64,000 bases of DNA, taken from Deltaproteobacteria bacterium (lineage in GTDB: Bacteria; Myxococcota_A; Polyangia; Polyangiales; Houyiibacteriaceae). This document shows, piece after piece, positions 30,457-40,790 of this stretch. Location of the stretch: contig JAXMNT010000005.1 of the NCBI GenBank assembly GCA_034670305.1, positions 64,001-128,000 on the forward strand, given 5' to 3'. Both the position numbers and the translations under genes were made by a program. The notes under the pieces are model-generated. The model was not told the origin of the DNA, did not search any database, and saw nothing but the letters and a program-made list of their open reading frames with translations. Positions within the stretch are counted from its first letter, which is position 1. Each line of letters opens with the position of its first letter.

Positions 30457-31560
30457 ATGCGCATCGGTGACCCCGTGGATTCTCGTCTTCCCTGGGTGCG
30501 GTCGGTTCACGACCTCGACGACGCCCGGACCCTCTCCGCCACCGGACCCCGCCTCAAGGCGTACCGGCGCATCGGACGCGCACTCGGAGACGACCTGCGC
30601 TCGGGCCCGCGCATCCACGCGGTGCACACCTTCGACCTCTCGACGCTGCTCTATCCGACCGCGTTCGCGTTCAACCACGCGGTGCCGCTGCCCATCCCCT
30701 ACGTGCAGCTCAACCACCGCGCGTTGCTGCTCCAGATCCGAACCGACGAAGGGCTCAAGAACATGCTCTTCAACCCGACCGACTACGTCGCCTCGGAAGC
30801 GACGCCGTTCTTCGCGCAGATGCTCGCGATGATGCCGAACCCGGACCTCGGGCGGAAACTGCTCGCCAAACAGTCCGGCCAGCTCGACGTGCAGCTCGCC
30901 GCGCTCGGCATGCGCGCCGAAGACATCGACGTGATCGCGTTCGATCACTTCCACACCCAGGACCTTCGGCCCTTGCTCGGCAGCAACGTGCCCGAGCCCG
31001 ATGGCTCGATGTGGAAGGCTCGGTTCCCGAACGCGCTCCTGCTCGCGCCCGAAGCCGAGTGGAACGACTGGGACGAGCTGCACCCGATGCAGCGCGCATG
31101 GTTCGTCGAAGACGGCAAACGCGGCGTGCCGGAGTCCCGCGTGATCCGCACGAACGCCGACCTCGCGCTCGGCGAAGGCTGCCTCTTGCTCCGCACCATC
31201 GGACACACCACCGGCAACCAGACGCTCTTCGCGTACGGCGAACGCGGCGTCTTCGGCTGCAGCGAGAACGGCTGCAGCGCCGACAACTGGACACCCTACG
31301 AATCGAGCGTGCCTGGCCTGCGACGCCAAGCCCGCAAGTACGGCCTCGAGGTCGTGCTCAACAGCAACACGCCCGAGCTCGCGGCCGAGCAGTACAACTC
31401 GATGATCCTCGAACGCTCCGTCGTCGACCGCTGCCCCGACGAACCCGCCTACGTGCAGATGTTCCCGAGCAGCGAAGTCACCCCCTCGCTCCTCGCGCCG
31501 GGCATCCGCCCTGCGAAACGCTACCGCGAACGCAACAGCGGCACGCTGACCAAGAACTGA
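30457..31560 (+). CDS. Metallo-beta-lactamase-fold hypothetical hydrolase
   Basis: FDHFHTQD and GHTTGN metal-ligand-like motifs. Confidence 0.65.
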   Translation: MRIGDPVDSRLPWVRSVHDLDDARTLSATGPRLKAYRRIGRALGDDLRSGPRIHAVHTFDLSTLLYPTAFAFNHAVPLPIPYVQLNHRALLLQIRTDEGLKNMLFNPTDYVASEATPFFAQMLAMMPNPDLGRKLLAKQSGQLDVQLAALGMRAEDIDVIAFDHFHTQDLRPLLGSNVPEPDGSMWKARFPNALLLAPEAEWNDWDELHPMQRAWFVEDGKRGVPESRVIRTNADLALGEGCLLLRTIGHTTGNQTLFAYGERGVFGCSENGCSADNWTPYESSVPGLRRQARKYGLEVVLNSNTPELAAEQYNSMILERSVVDRCPDEPAYVQMFPSSEVTPSLLAPGIRPAKRYRERNSGTLTKN

Positions 31561-31577
31561 ACGAGGCAACGGAAGCG

Positions 31578-31648
<71 letters not shown>

Positions 31649-31653
31649 CGCGG

Positions 31654-32685
31654 TCAGCTCCGCACCACCTCCAGCTGCCCCAGCGTGTCCATCGCCACGA
31701 GCACGCCTTCCGCCGCGATCACGTGGCTGACGAACCCCTTCACCGGCACGTCGTGTTTGTCGGTCGTCTTGCCGCTGTAGAGATCGACCGCGACCACGCT
31801 GCGGAAGCCACCGACCCAGAGCACGTCGTCTCGGTGCGCGCTGACGGTGCGGCCGTTGCCGAGCTGCATCGACACCTCTTCTTCGTCGAGCGAGAGCCCC
31901 TCTTCGGCGAGTTGGTCCCAGTCGATGCCGGTCTGAAGTTCGCACACGAAGCGCGCGCCTTCGCCGCCAAGGTCGTACACGCCAACCTTCGTATCCGTCA
32001 CATACGTGTCGACGGAGACCACCACGATCTCGTTGCCCCAGAAGTGCAGCGAACCCACGCACGCGTCGTCGAGGATCTGTGCGCTCGCCAGCTCGGTCAG
32101 CTTCCCGAGCTGCACGCCGCCGCCGACCGCGCCCTCGTCGAGCACCGCCAGCACGTGCACTTCGGCGCCGCCTTGATCGGTGTGCATCACCGCCACGCGA
32201 ACCCCATTCTTCTCAAAAGCCGCGCAGGGCATGTGCGAGACCAGCGGCACCCCGCCGACCTCGGCAGTGGTCTCCGCAAACCCCGCAAGCGTCTCGCTAC
32301 CGAGCACGAGCGCATCACCGAAGCCGGACTCCGGGAACGACCGATCCAAGATCGCGAGGTTGCGGCGGCGGTCGTAGGCGCCGCGCATCAGGCCGAGCTT
32401 CGGCCGCCGGATCTCGACCGACTCCGCCACCTTCAGGTCCCAGTCCACCCGCTGCATCAAGACTGGCGCGCCCCACTCGCGGACCGGCATCGCCCACACC
32501 ACGAAACCGTCGTCGGCCGGATCGGGATCGCGGAGCAGTCCCTCCACCACCGCTGATCCCGTTTCCACGAGACCCTTCGCGGTCAGGTCGTACCGCACGA
32601 GCTCCGTGGTGCGCGCGTCGAAGTCGCACCCCACCCGCACCACCGTCGGGTCGCTCGGGTGCAACACCAGGTCGTAGATCTTCAC
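31654..32685 (-). CDS. Hypothetical beta-rich protein
   Basis: GTGA overlap with the upstream stop, RBS GGAGG; acidic, propeller-like strands. Confidence 0.7.
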   Translation of the reverse strand: MKIYDLVLHPSDPTVVRVGCDFDARTTELVRYDLTAKGLVETGSAVVEGLLRDPDPADDGFVVWAMPVREWGAPVLMQRVDWDLKVAESVEIRRPKLGLMRGAYDRRRNLAILDRSFPESGFGDALVLGSETLAGFAETTAEVGGVPLVSHMPCAAFEKNGVRVAVMHTDQGGAEVHVLAVLDEGAVGGGVQLGKLTELASAQILDDACVGSLHFWGNEIVVVSVDTYVTDTKVGVYDLGGEGARFVCELQTGIDWDQLAEEGLSLDEEEVSMQLGNGRTVSAHRDDVLWVGGFRSVVAVDLYSGKTTDKHDVPVKGFVSHVIAAEGVLVAMDTLGQLEVVRS

Positions 32686-33125
32686 TTGCTTCCTCCCTCT
32701 GCTTCGCTCAGCGCCGCCCAGCTCCGGCCATCCTCAGCCTCGATCGCGACCGGCAGCCCGCTCGCCTGCCACCCGGCTTCTTCGGTCTGACCGAACGCGC
32801 CCTTGCGGCCGCCGTACCCCGCGCACTGATCGAGCACCCCGGTGAACCCAGCATCGACCAGCGCCGCCGCCGCCTTCGCGCTGCGGCCGCCAGCCTGGCA
32901 CCCGACGATGAGTTTCGCGTCGAGCGGGAAGGTCTTCTTCATCACCGCGAGGAACGCGTCGTTCGGGACTTTGCTGCCTGGCATCTGGATCAACCACGGC
33001 ACGTTGTAGGCCCCCTCCGGGTGGCCGGCGTCGAACTCGAGCACGGTGCGCACGTCGATGTACGCGTAGTCCTCGTCCTCCATCTTCTCGAGTGCCTGCT
33101 GCGGATCGATGGTTGGTGCGGTCAT
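32682..33125 (-). CDS. Rhodanese-like protein
   Basis: IDVRT..EFDAGHPEGAYNVP, CQAGGRS. Confidence 0.9.
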   Translation of the reverse strand: MTAPTIDPQQALEKMEDEDYAYIDVRTVLEFDAGHPEGAYNVPWLIQMPGSKVPNDAFLAVMKKTFPLDAKLIVGCQAGGRSAKAAAALVDAGFTGVLDQCAGYGGRKGAFGQTEEAGWQASGLPVAIEAEDGRSWAALSEAEGGSK

Positions 33126-33150
33126 GGCAAAAGGCTATACCAGCGTCCCC

Positions 33151-33963
33151 ATGCCTGCTTCCCTTCCTGGCCTCCGCGACTGGCTTCGCCTCGTGCTCAT
33201 GTACCGAGGCGCGCACCCCGACACCCAAGCCATCCTGGATGTCATCGAGCGCTTGCTCGACGCGCCCTACCAGACCCACGCGCTGCTCTTCGGCGAACCC
33301 GGCACCGGCAAAGAAGGCCTCGCCCGCGCGCTGCACCAAGCGATGCACCCAGGCGGCGACGCACCCTTCGTGAAGATGCCCACCGGCGGACGCGATCCGG
33401 CGGTGCTCGCGCTGCATCTGTTCGGCACCAAGACCCGCCGCGGCGCCATCGCGCGCGCCGACGGAGGCACCCTCTTCTTGGATGAGATCGCGACCTTGCC
33501 GCGCGAGATCCAAGCGCGGCTCTCCCCGGTGCTGCGCGGCCGCTACCGCCGCAACGACGACGAAGAGCCGCAGCCCTGCAACGTCACGGTGATCGGCGCC
33601 ACCGACCACGATCTCAGCGCCTCGGTCGCCGCCGGCGAGTTCCGGCACGACTTCTACTTCCGCCTCTCCCGCATCGAGCTGACCATCCCGCCGCTCCGCG
33701 AGCGCGCCAGCGACGTGCCTCGGGCCGCGCTCTGGGCCGGCAACCGCCTGCTGCAACTCCACGGCGTGTCTCGCACGTTGACCACCACCACCGACGCCGA
33801 GGACAACGACCTCGTCCTCACCGACGACGCGATCGAAGCCCTCAAGAAGTACCCCTGGCCCGGCAACTTCCGCGAACTCGACCGGGTGATGGAACGCGCC
33901 ATCTTCCTCCTCTGCGACGGCCAAACCGTCACCGCCGAAGACCTGAAACAAGCGACCACCTAG
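33151..33963 (+). CDS. Sigma-54-interaction-type AAA+ domain lacking the GAFTGA loop and HTH
   Basis: GEPGTGKE, GGTLFLDEI, FRHDFYFRL, WPGNFREL; LFG is followed directly by TKTRRG. Confidence 0.85.
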   Translation: MPASLPGLRDWLRLVLMYRGAHPDTQAILDVIERLLDAPYQTHALLFGEPGTGKEGLARALHQAMHPGGDAPFVKMPTGGRDPAVLALHLFGTKTRRGAIARADGGTLFLDEIATLPREIQARLSPVLRGRYRRNDDEEPQPCNVTVIGATDHDLSASVAAGEFRHDFYFRLSRIELTIPPLRERASDVPRAALWAGNRLLQLHGVSRTLTTTTDAEDNDLVLTDDAIEALKKYPWPGNFRELDRVMERAIFLLCDGQTVTAEDLKQATT

Positions 33964-34192
33964 CCGGCGTCTTCAAAGGGTCGGGCTGTAGGCCCGGCCT
34001 TCGTGCACGTACACCCGTGTGCGTCCTCGTCCTCGCCATCGAGGATCAGACGTGAGTTCTGTTGATCGCGTCCGAGCGGCGGTTGATGCTCTGGAACTGC
34101 TTCGACTGGGACAATGAGTGGCGGCGGATTGGAGCACGCAGGGGCAACGGCAGGGGCAAGGGGACGCCCGGCCGGCGTTCGCTTCGGGCTGC

Positions 34193-35725
34193 TCAGAGCG
34201 CCAACTGCAACAGCGCGCGGACTCGGTGTTGGCCGTCTTCGATCGCGTCGCGCCAGAGGTAGCCGTAGTCGACCTGGAGTTTGTAGGCGCTGCGGCCGAA
34301 GTAGTAGTTCAGGCCCCCGCTGATCTCTTCGCGCGAGCCGAGCGAGGTCTCGGTGTCGTCGCCCCGGCCGCGCACTCGGCTGTAGCGGCCGGCGACTTCC
34401 AGCGGCAGGCGCGGCAAGAGGTAGCCGACCTGCAGGTGGGTGCCCCAGCCGTTGCGCGGGAGCTCCACCTCGATCGGGTTGCCCATCTCGTCGACTTCGT
34501 CGCCAGGGTTGCGGGTGCCGTCGCGGTAGCCCGCTTCGAAGAGCACCGACGCGCCGCGCGCGAAGAAGAGGGCGTCCGCGTAGAAGACGTGCATGTCGGT
34601 GGTGCCGCCGTCCTCTGGCGCACTGCCGAGGATGCCGCGGTTGCCGCGCGCGCGGTCCACGTACGCGTAGCCGGCGGCGAGGGCGAGCCGCGGTGCGCCG
34701 CGTTCGAAGTCGGCTTCGCCGGAGTCGTCGTCGAAGGTGCCGAACGGATGCACTTCGATCCGCGCGGTGTAGAGCAGACCGAAGTCGTCGAAGCCCTGGG
34801 AGTCGCGACCGCGTCCGATGAACGCGCCGAGCCGGTAGCGCAGCATGTCGATGCCGAAGAGATCGTCGCTCGACAGATCGAAGCCGACGTCGCGGTCGAG
34901 GTTGAACTCCGAGTTGAAGATCGACCGATCGACCAGCTGCATGTCGGCCGAGGACGTCACCCGCTGGCGGTTGGATGGCACCTTCATCTGGCCGAAGCGG
35001 ACTCGGAAATCCCGCAGGTGGTAGATGCCGATGTACGCGTCGAGCAGCGGGGTGAAGCGCGGGCCTCCGTCGAGCAGATCGTCGCCGACGCCGCCGTCGT
35101 TCGGTGAGAACGCGAGCTCGAGTTTGTACCGAACGTTCGGCCCGAACGCGTGCCCACCCATCTTGAGCCGCGCCCGCCGAATCCGAAACCGGTTCTGCCA
35201 ACCGTCGTCGTTCGACTGCGCCGTCCACTCGGCCTGCACCCGCACCTGCATCGTGAGCGCGAAGTCCCCGTCGACGCTGCGGATCCGGATCCCCGACCCC
35301 GGCCGGTACACGAACTGGTCGATGCTGATCGGCCGGTCCTCCTGCTGCGCCGCATCGCCCGGCGGCAAGAGCGGGTTCACGCCATCGGCGTCAGAGTCGG
35401 TGTCGGTGTCGGCATCGGCGTCGGCTTCGGCATCGGCGTCGGCTTCGGCTTCGGCTTCGGCTTCGGCTTCGGCGTCGGCTTCGGCCTCCGCGTCGGCTTC
35501 GGCATCGGCGTCCGCTTCGGCTTCGGCGTCGGCTTCGGCTTCGGCATCGGCGTCGGCTTCGGCTTCGGCGTCGGTTTCGGCTTCGGCTTCCGCGTCGGTT
35601 TCGGCGACAGCTTCCGCGTCAGCATCCGCGTCCGCCACCACTTCCGCATCCTGCGCGCGCACCGGCGCGGCGCACCACGCGCCCACCCAGGCAAGCGAGA
35701 CGAGCAACGCGATCGATTGGGTCAT
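34193..35725 (-). CDS. OprO/OprP-family (phosphate-selective) porin with Ala/Glu/Asp repeat linker
   Basis: Signal peptide, [23 protein letters not shown], terminal beta-strand. Confidence 0.8.
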   Translation of the reverse strand: MTQSIALLVSLAWVGAWCAAPVRAQDAEVVADADADAEAVAETDAEAEAETDAEAEADADAEAEADAEAEADADAEADAEAEADAEAEAEAEAEADADAEADADADTDTDSDADGVNPLLPPGDAAQQEDRPISIDQFVYRPGSGIRIRSVDGDFALTMQVRVQAEWTAQSNDDGWQNRFRIRRARLKMGGHAFGPNVRYKLELAFSPNDGGVGDDLLDGGPRFTPLLDAYIGIYHLRDFRVRFGQMKVPSNRQRVTSSADMQLVDRSIFNSEFNLDRDVGFDLSSDDLFGIDMLRYRLGAFIGRGRDSQGFDDFGLLYTARIEVHPFGTFDDDSGEADFERGAPRLALAAGYAYVDRARGNRGILGSAPEDGGTTDMHVFYADALFFARGASVLFEAGYRDGTRNPGDEVDEMGNPIEVELPRNGWGTHLQVGYLLPRLPLEVAGRYSRVRGRGDDTETSLGSREEISGGLNYYFGRSAYKLQVDYGYLWRDAIEDGQHRVRALLQLAL

Positions 35726-35747
35726 GCCGGCCTTGTCCTCTCGCTGT

Positions 35748-35785
35748 GCAACAGTCCTGTGACGTGCGTCGTTCAGCTTGGTGAC
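35748..35785 (-). promoter_or_regulatory. Possible Pho-box-like 11-bp-phased GTCAC repeats upstream of the porin
   Basis: Minus-strand GTCAC at 35759-63 and 35781-85, degenerate GTTGC at 35748-52. Confidence 0.35.
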
Positions 35786-35919
35786 CTTGCGACAGCACGC
35801 TCACAACCTCGTGAATTCACAGTGAATTGTCCGGATGTCCGCCCAGATCGAGGCATGGTTCGAGGTTGGTCTGGACGGTGTCCCTGCATGTCCACGGAGG
35901 GCCCGTGTATGTTGCGCGG

Positions 35920-36987
35920 ATGATTCCGCTCACGCGCCCCTGGATGGGAGACGAGGAGATCCGCGCGGTCACGGAGGTGCTGCGCTCCGGCATGCTCGTG
36001 CAGGGTGTGCGGGTGGCCGCGTTCGAGGCGCTCGTCGCCCAGAAGACTGGGCGCGCGCACGCCATCGCGGTCGACAACGGCACCGGCGCCCTGGTGCTCG
36101 GACTGAAAGCCCTGGGCATCGGACCTGGGGACGAAGTGCTCTGTCCGGGCCTGACCTGGCCTTCGCCCGCCCACGCGATCCTCACCCTCGGCGCGACCCC
36201 GGTGCTGGTCGACGTGGACCCCGACGAGTGGAACGCGACGCCCCAGACGATGGCGGCGGCCGTCACCGACCGCACCCGCGCTGCGATCGTCATCGATCAG
36301 TTCGGCGCGCCGGTCCGGACCTCCCTCGAGCAGCTCGGCGTGCCGCTCGTGGAAGACGCCGCCTGTTCACTCGGCTCCACGATGGACGATGGCCGGCCCG
36401 CCGGAAAACTCGGCCGCCTCGCCACCCTCAGCTTCCACCCGCGCAAAGTGCTCACCACCGGAGAGGGCGGCATCGTCGTCACCGACGATCGCGACCTCGC
36501 CGACGAGCTGCGCGCGCGACGCAACCACGGGCAGACCGGACCCGGCGAGTTCCTCCATCCGTCGTCGAACCACCGCCTCACCGACATCCAGGCCGCCATC
36601 GGCGAAGCCCAGATGGAGCGGCTCGAGACCGTCGTCGCGCTCCGCCGCGCGCACGCCGAGACCATCCGAGCCGGCCTACCGACCCTGGTGTTTCAGCGCC
36701 CCGCCACCGGCGCCGCACCCAACGAACAGACCCTCGGTGCCCTGTTGCCCGCCGGCACCGACAAAGCCGCGCTCATCGCCGCCGCCCGCGAGAAAGGCGT
36801 GCAGATCGGCGCGCTCAGCTACGCGCTCTCCAAGGTGCCGACCACCGGGTCCTGCATCGGTGGCGCGTCGCTGCCGGTGGCCGAGGACATCGCCGAGCGC
36901 GGCATCGCGCTCCCCCTCTTCCCGCAGATGACCGAAGACGACTGCGCGACCGTCGTCGAAGTCGTCTCGGAACTTTTGGCCGGGTGA
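35920..36987 (+). CDS. DegT/DnrJ/EryC1/StrS aminotransferase
   Basis: VEDAACSLG, SFHPRKVLTTGEGG, LPLFPQM. Confidence 0.92.
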   Translation: MIPLTRPWMGDEEIRAVTEVLRSGMLVQGVRVAAFEALVAQKTGRAHAIAVDNGTGALVLGLKALGIGPGDEVLCPGLTWPSPAHAILTLGATPVLVDVDPDEWNATPQTMAAAVTDRTRAAIVIDQFGAPVRTSLEQLGVPLVEDAACSLGSTMDDGRPAGKLGRLATLSFHPRKVLTTGEGGIVVTDDRDLADELRARRNHGQTGPGEFLHPSSNHRLTDIQAAIGEAQMERLETVVALRRAHAETIRAGLPTLVFQRPATGAAPNEQTLGALLPAGTDKAALIAAAREKGVQIGALSYALSKVPTTGSCIGGASLPVAEDIAERGIALPLFPQMTEDDCATVVEVVSELLAG

Positions 36988-37009
36988 GGAACTTGGTAGA
37001 GAGTCCTTC

Positions 37010-37993
37010 GTGAGCGTGGAGACGACGTCCCAGGACCGCGCCGAGGACCGCAAGTGCGTCCTCGAGGTGGAAGGCCTGAAGAAGACGTTCCGCATCGGGT
37101 TCTTCCGCAAGAAGGTCGAAGCGGTCCGCGGGGTCGACTTCCGGGTGCGCGAAGGCGAGATCTTCGGCCTGCTCGGACCGAACGGCGCCGGCAAGACGAC
37201 CACCATCAAGTGCCTTTTGCGCCTCGTCTTTCCGACCGAAGGCAGCGTGAAGATCTTCGGCCTCTCGCCCGACCGGCGCGAGTCGATGTTCCGGGTCGGC
37301 TACATGCCGGAGAACCCGTACATCTATCAGTACCTTAAGCCAGAAGAGTTCCTGGATCTGTGTGGCCGCCTCGTCGGCATGACGTCGACCGAACGCAAGA
37401 AACGTTCGGATCAGCTGCTCTCCCAAGTCGGCCTCGACCACGCGCGCGGTCGGCCGATCGGTAAGTTCTCGAAGGGCATGATGCAGCGGGTCGGGCTCGC
37501 CCAAGCGCTCTTGCACGATCCAGAAGTGCTGGTCCTCGACGAGCCGATGAGCGGGCTCGACCCGATCGGCCGCAAAGAGATCCGCGACTTGCTGCTCGAA
37601 GAGAAGAAGCGCGGCAAGACGCTCGTCTTCACCAGCCACATCCTCAGCGACGTCGAGATGCTCTGCGACCGGGTCGTGATTCTGCAGCGCGGCAAAGTCA
37701 CCGCCCGCGGCAAACTCAGCGAGCTCCTCTCCGCCGGCGACCCGCGCAGCGAGATCGAACTCGGCGCAGTCGGCGAGACCCTGCGCGCCGAGCTGCAAGA
37801 CGACACCGCGCTCGAAGTCGAAGCGACCGAAGCTCGGCTCATGGTCACCGCACCGGACAGCCGCGTCGCGTCGGTGCTCCAGGCAGCGCTCACTGCGGGC
37901 GCGCGCGTGGTCGCGGTGCGGCCGCAGCGGCAATCGCTGGAGAGTCTGTTCCTCCAAGGGGCCGAAGAGACGCCGGACCGCGAGTCGGAGTGA
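37010..37993 (+). CDS. ABC transporter ATP-binding protein (PilH-like)
   Basis: KTFRIGFF, GPNGAGKTT, SKGMMQR, LDEPMSGLDP. Confidence 0.9.
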   Translation: MSVETTSQDRAEDRKCVLEVEGLKKTFRIGFFRKKVEAVRGVDFRVREGEIFGLLGPNGAGKTTTIKCLLRLVFPTEGSVKIFGLSPDRRESMFRVGYMPENPYIYQYLKPEEFLDLCGRLVGMTSTERKKRSDQLLSQVGLDHARGRPIGKFSKGMMQRVGLAQALLHDPEVLVLDEPMSGLDPIGRKEIRDLLLEEKKRGKTLVFTSHILSDVEMLCDRVVILQRGKVTARGKLSELLSAGDPRSEIELGAVGETLRAELQDDTALEVEATEARLMVTAPDSRVASVLQAALTAGARVVAVRPQRQSLESLFLQGAEETPDRESE

Positions 37994-38015
37994 CCGTTTC
38001 GCGCGCGGAGACCGC

Positions 38016-39320
38016 TCAGCGCAGCGGCACGTAGTAGCCACTCGCGACCAAGAGAGCGGGCGCTGCGGCTGGGTCGGACGACGTCTGCGGGGGCAACTCG
38101 AAACGCAAGCGCAGGACCTCGCCTTGCGCGATTCGATGAAAGCTTCGGTCCGCGTCGCAGTACGTCTGTTCCACTCCGTCCCCGTCCGTTGGCACCGCAC
38201 CGCACGCGGTCGGACGCACGATCTGTCCGTCCACCACGACGTGCACCGCGTCGAGGTAGGTCACCTCCCGCTTCTCTTCGCGCAGCTCGATCTCGAGCAC
38301 CCCCGACCGAACCGCGAGCGCCCCAGGCGGACCGAGCGACAACGACTGCTCGTCGTAGAGCGCCGCGCTTCGAAGATGTCTGAGGATCTCGCCGACGCGC
38401 CGCGGCCCGGCCGGCTCGATCACGTAGACGTATGGACACGCTGGGATCTCGCTGCACAACAGCCGCCGGCCCACCGGCCGCCTGCGCCGCTCGACGAACC
38501 GTCCATCGCGACCCAAACGAAGCACGGCCTCTTCTGGCTGCACGCGCTCCGGAAACCCAGCCCGCTCACAGGCCCCATGGTGGGTCTCGAGCACGCGAAT
38601 CGTTCCGTCGCCCGGAAACCGCAGCGGCGCCCGCCCGTCGGTGATCTCGAACGCCACCGCGTAGGTTCCTCGATGCGCCGCCACGACCACGAGCCGGTCC
38701 GGAGAATCCTCGTCGGGCTGCAGCGGAAGACGGAGCAGCAGAAGGTTTCGGCGCCGGTCGAGCCGAACCACCTCCACCGTGCGGGGGCGATCGCCTTCCG
38801 CATGCGCTGGGTTCTGCCGCACCTGGAGGCGAAGTTCGTGGGGACCGATCCGCAGCAACCCATCGCCGAAGAACGCGACCGCTTCGACTTCTCCGTCGCC
38901 ATCCAGATCTCCTCGGGTCTCTGCGACTGGTGCGTCTTCGTCGATGCTCCGGGACGCGTCCGCGACACTGCGGTCGACCGCGGCCGCGTCGTCTTCCGCG
39001 ACTGCGTCGACTTCCGCGACAGCATTCGCTTCCGCGACCGCAGGGTCCTCCGCGACAGGGTTTTCCGGGACGGCAGCCTCCGGGACGGCAGGGTCTTCCG
39101 GGACGGCAGCTTCCGCGGCAGGCGCTTCGCCCAACGTCTGTTCCTCCGCTCCGGTCTCAGTGAGGACCGTGTGATCGCCCGAACCGTTCTCCTGCTCCGG
39201 GGAGCGCTCGCTCGAATCTCCGCCGCCACATCCGAGCGCCAAGACCACGAGCACCGACCAACCCACTGGACCCAACTGCATCGCCATGCTCAACCCGCGC
39301 CACGCCGGGATGTGTTCCAT
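38016..39320 (-). CDS. Hypothetical lipoprotein (start may be 39287)
   Basis: Lipobox LALGC, acidic repeats, GDLDGDG, ACPYVY motif. Confidence 0.65.
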   Translation of the reverse strand: MEHIPAWRGLSMAMQLGPVGWSVLVVLALGCGGGDSSERSPEQENGSGDHTVLTETGAEEQTLGEAPAAEAAVPEDPAVPEAAVPENPVAEDPAVAEANAVAEVDAVAEDDAAAVDRSVADASRSIDEDAPVAETRGDLDGDGEVEAVAFFGDGLLRIGPHELRLQVRQNPAHAEGDRPRTVEVVRLDRRRNLLLLRLPLQPDEDSPDRLVVVAAHRGTYAVAFEITDGRAPLRFPGDGTIRVLETHHGACERAGFPERVQPEEAVLRLGRDGRFVERRRRPVGRRLLCSEIPACPYVYVIEPAGPRRVGEILRHLRSAALYDEQSLSLGPPGALAVRSGVLEIELREEKREVTYLDAVHVVVDGQIVRPTACGAVPTDGDGVEQTYCDADRSFHRIAQGEVLRLRFELPPQTSSDPAAAPALLVASGYYVPLR

Positions 39321-39420
39321 CGGCTGACACCCGAGCTGATCCTACATGTCGGTGATTGGGGTTCAGCGCCGCACTTCGACCGACCCAAATGCGTGAGGGG
39401 ACGCACCCGCCCGGCCTCGC

Positions 39421-39437
39421 GTCACAGAGCTGTCACA
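39421..39437 (+). promoter_or_regulatory. Pho-box-like direct repeat GTCAC-N6-GTCAC
   Basis: cGTCACagagctGTCACa with 11-bp period, 45 bp upstream of the membrane-protein start. Confidence 0.45.
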
Positions 39438-39481
39438 CAATGGTGACGCGCGGCACATAGGGGGACCGCAAGGTCCTCTGC

Positions 39482-40600
39482 GTGACGACCCAACCCGTCC
39501 CTGCGCCCACCCTTGTCCCCACCCGGGACTCGAGTGCCCCTGAATCGCGGATCGCCGTCGTCTGGCGAACCGAGCGCAACTTCATCGCCTTCATCGGTGT
39601 GATGTTGATCTCGCTCGGGTTCATCGCGCCGCACGCAGAGCTCGCCCGATGGGTCGGCTTCGTGCTGGCCGGGTACTCCGCGGTCGCCAACGACAGCGTG
39701 CAGACGCTGGGCACGTTCATCGCGTCCAACAAGGGCAAGCCCTGGTGGATGTTGTGGCTCTTCATCGGAGGCATCTTCGTCGCAACGGTCGGCTACAGCT
39801 TCATGGTGAACTCGGGGGACGTCACCTACGGCCGGCTCGCCTCCAAGGGCTTCGAGTCGACGCCCATGAACTTCACCTACCTGCAGCTCGCGGCGCCGGT
39901 CGCCCTGCTGGTGCTGACCCGCGCGCGCATGCCGGTGTCGACCACGTTTTTGCTCCTCAGCTGTTTCGCGACCGAGCCGGCCAGCATCGGCAAGGTTCTG
40001 ATGAAGAGCCTCGCCGGCTACGGCGTCGCGTTCGGCTCCGCGATCATCGCCTTCCTGCTCGTCTCGAAAGCCGTCGAGAAGTTCCAGGAGCGCGGCCCGG
40101 CCCACCCGGCCTGGCGCGTCGCGCAGTGGGGCACCACGGGCCTCCTCTGGTCCGTGTGGCTCATGCAGGACGCCTCGAACATCGCGGTGTACCTCCCGCG
40201 TCAGCTCAGCTGGCTCGAGTTCGGCGCCTTCGCGACCGTCATCTTCTTGGGTCTCGGCCTGCTCTTCAAGCTCGGCGGCGCCCGCGTGCAGCATGTCATC
40301 GACGCTAAGTCCCGCGTCACCGACGTCCGCGCCGCCACCGTCGTCGACCTCATCTACGCCGTGGTGCTCTACATCTTCAAGATCCAGTCCGGCGTGCCCA
40401 TGAGCACGACCTGGGTCTTCATCGGCCTGCTCGCCGGCCGTGAAATCGGCATGGCCATCCGCGGCGTCTCGGGCGGAGACAAACGCCACGTCGCCCGCCT
40501 CATCGGCAAGGACCTCTTCTACGTGACGATCGGCCTGCTCGTGAGCCTCGCCTTCGCCATCTGCGCAAACCCCGAAGCCTTCGCGGACCTCCTGGGCTAG
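39482..40600 (+). CDS. Conserved polytopic membrane protein, distantly PiT/PHO4-like
   Basis: ANDSVQTLGT / QDASNIA and duplicated PVSTT / PMSTT motifs resemble PiT signatures. Confidence 0.65.
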   Translation: MTTQPVPAPTLVPTRDSSAPESRIAVVWRTERNFIAFIGVMLISLGFIAPHAELARWVGFVLAGYSAVANDSVQTLGTFIASNKGKPWWMLWLFIGGIFVATVGYSFMVNSGDVTYGRLASKGFESTPMNFTYLQLAAPVALLVLTRARMPVSTTFLLLSCFATEPASIGKVLMKSLAGYGVAFGSAIIAFLLVSKAVEKFQERGPAHPAWRVAQWGTTGLLWSVWLMQDASNIAVYLPRQLSWLEFGAFATVIFLGLGLLFKLGGARVQHVIDAKSRVTDVRAATVVDLIYAVVLYIFKIQSGVPMSTTWVFIGLLAGREIGMAIRGVSGGDKRHVARLIGKDLFYVTIGLLVSLAFAICANPEAFADLLG

Positions 40601-40616
40601 CAGGCCAAAAGGCCTG

Positions 40617-40790
40617 CTCCCTTGCCCTTGCCCTTGCCCCTGCCCCTGCCCTTCTGAAGCAAGTCTTCGGAACCAGGTGCCTCGGACCGATCCCGTAGGC
40701 GCGGTTCCCGTGCCCGTGCGAAGCCGAACCCGAAGCAGACACCGAAGCCGATCCCGACTCCCGAAGCCGATCCCGATCCCGACTCCCCCT
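40617..40790. repeat. (TTGCCC)n plus (CCGAAG/CCGATC)n tract
   Basis: Directly visible; between convergent genes. Confidence 0.85.
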
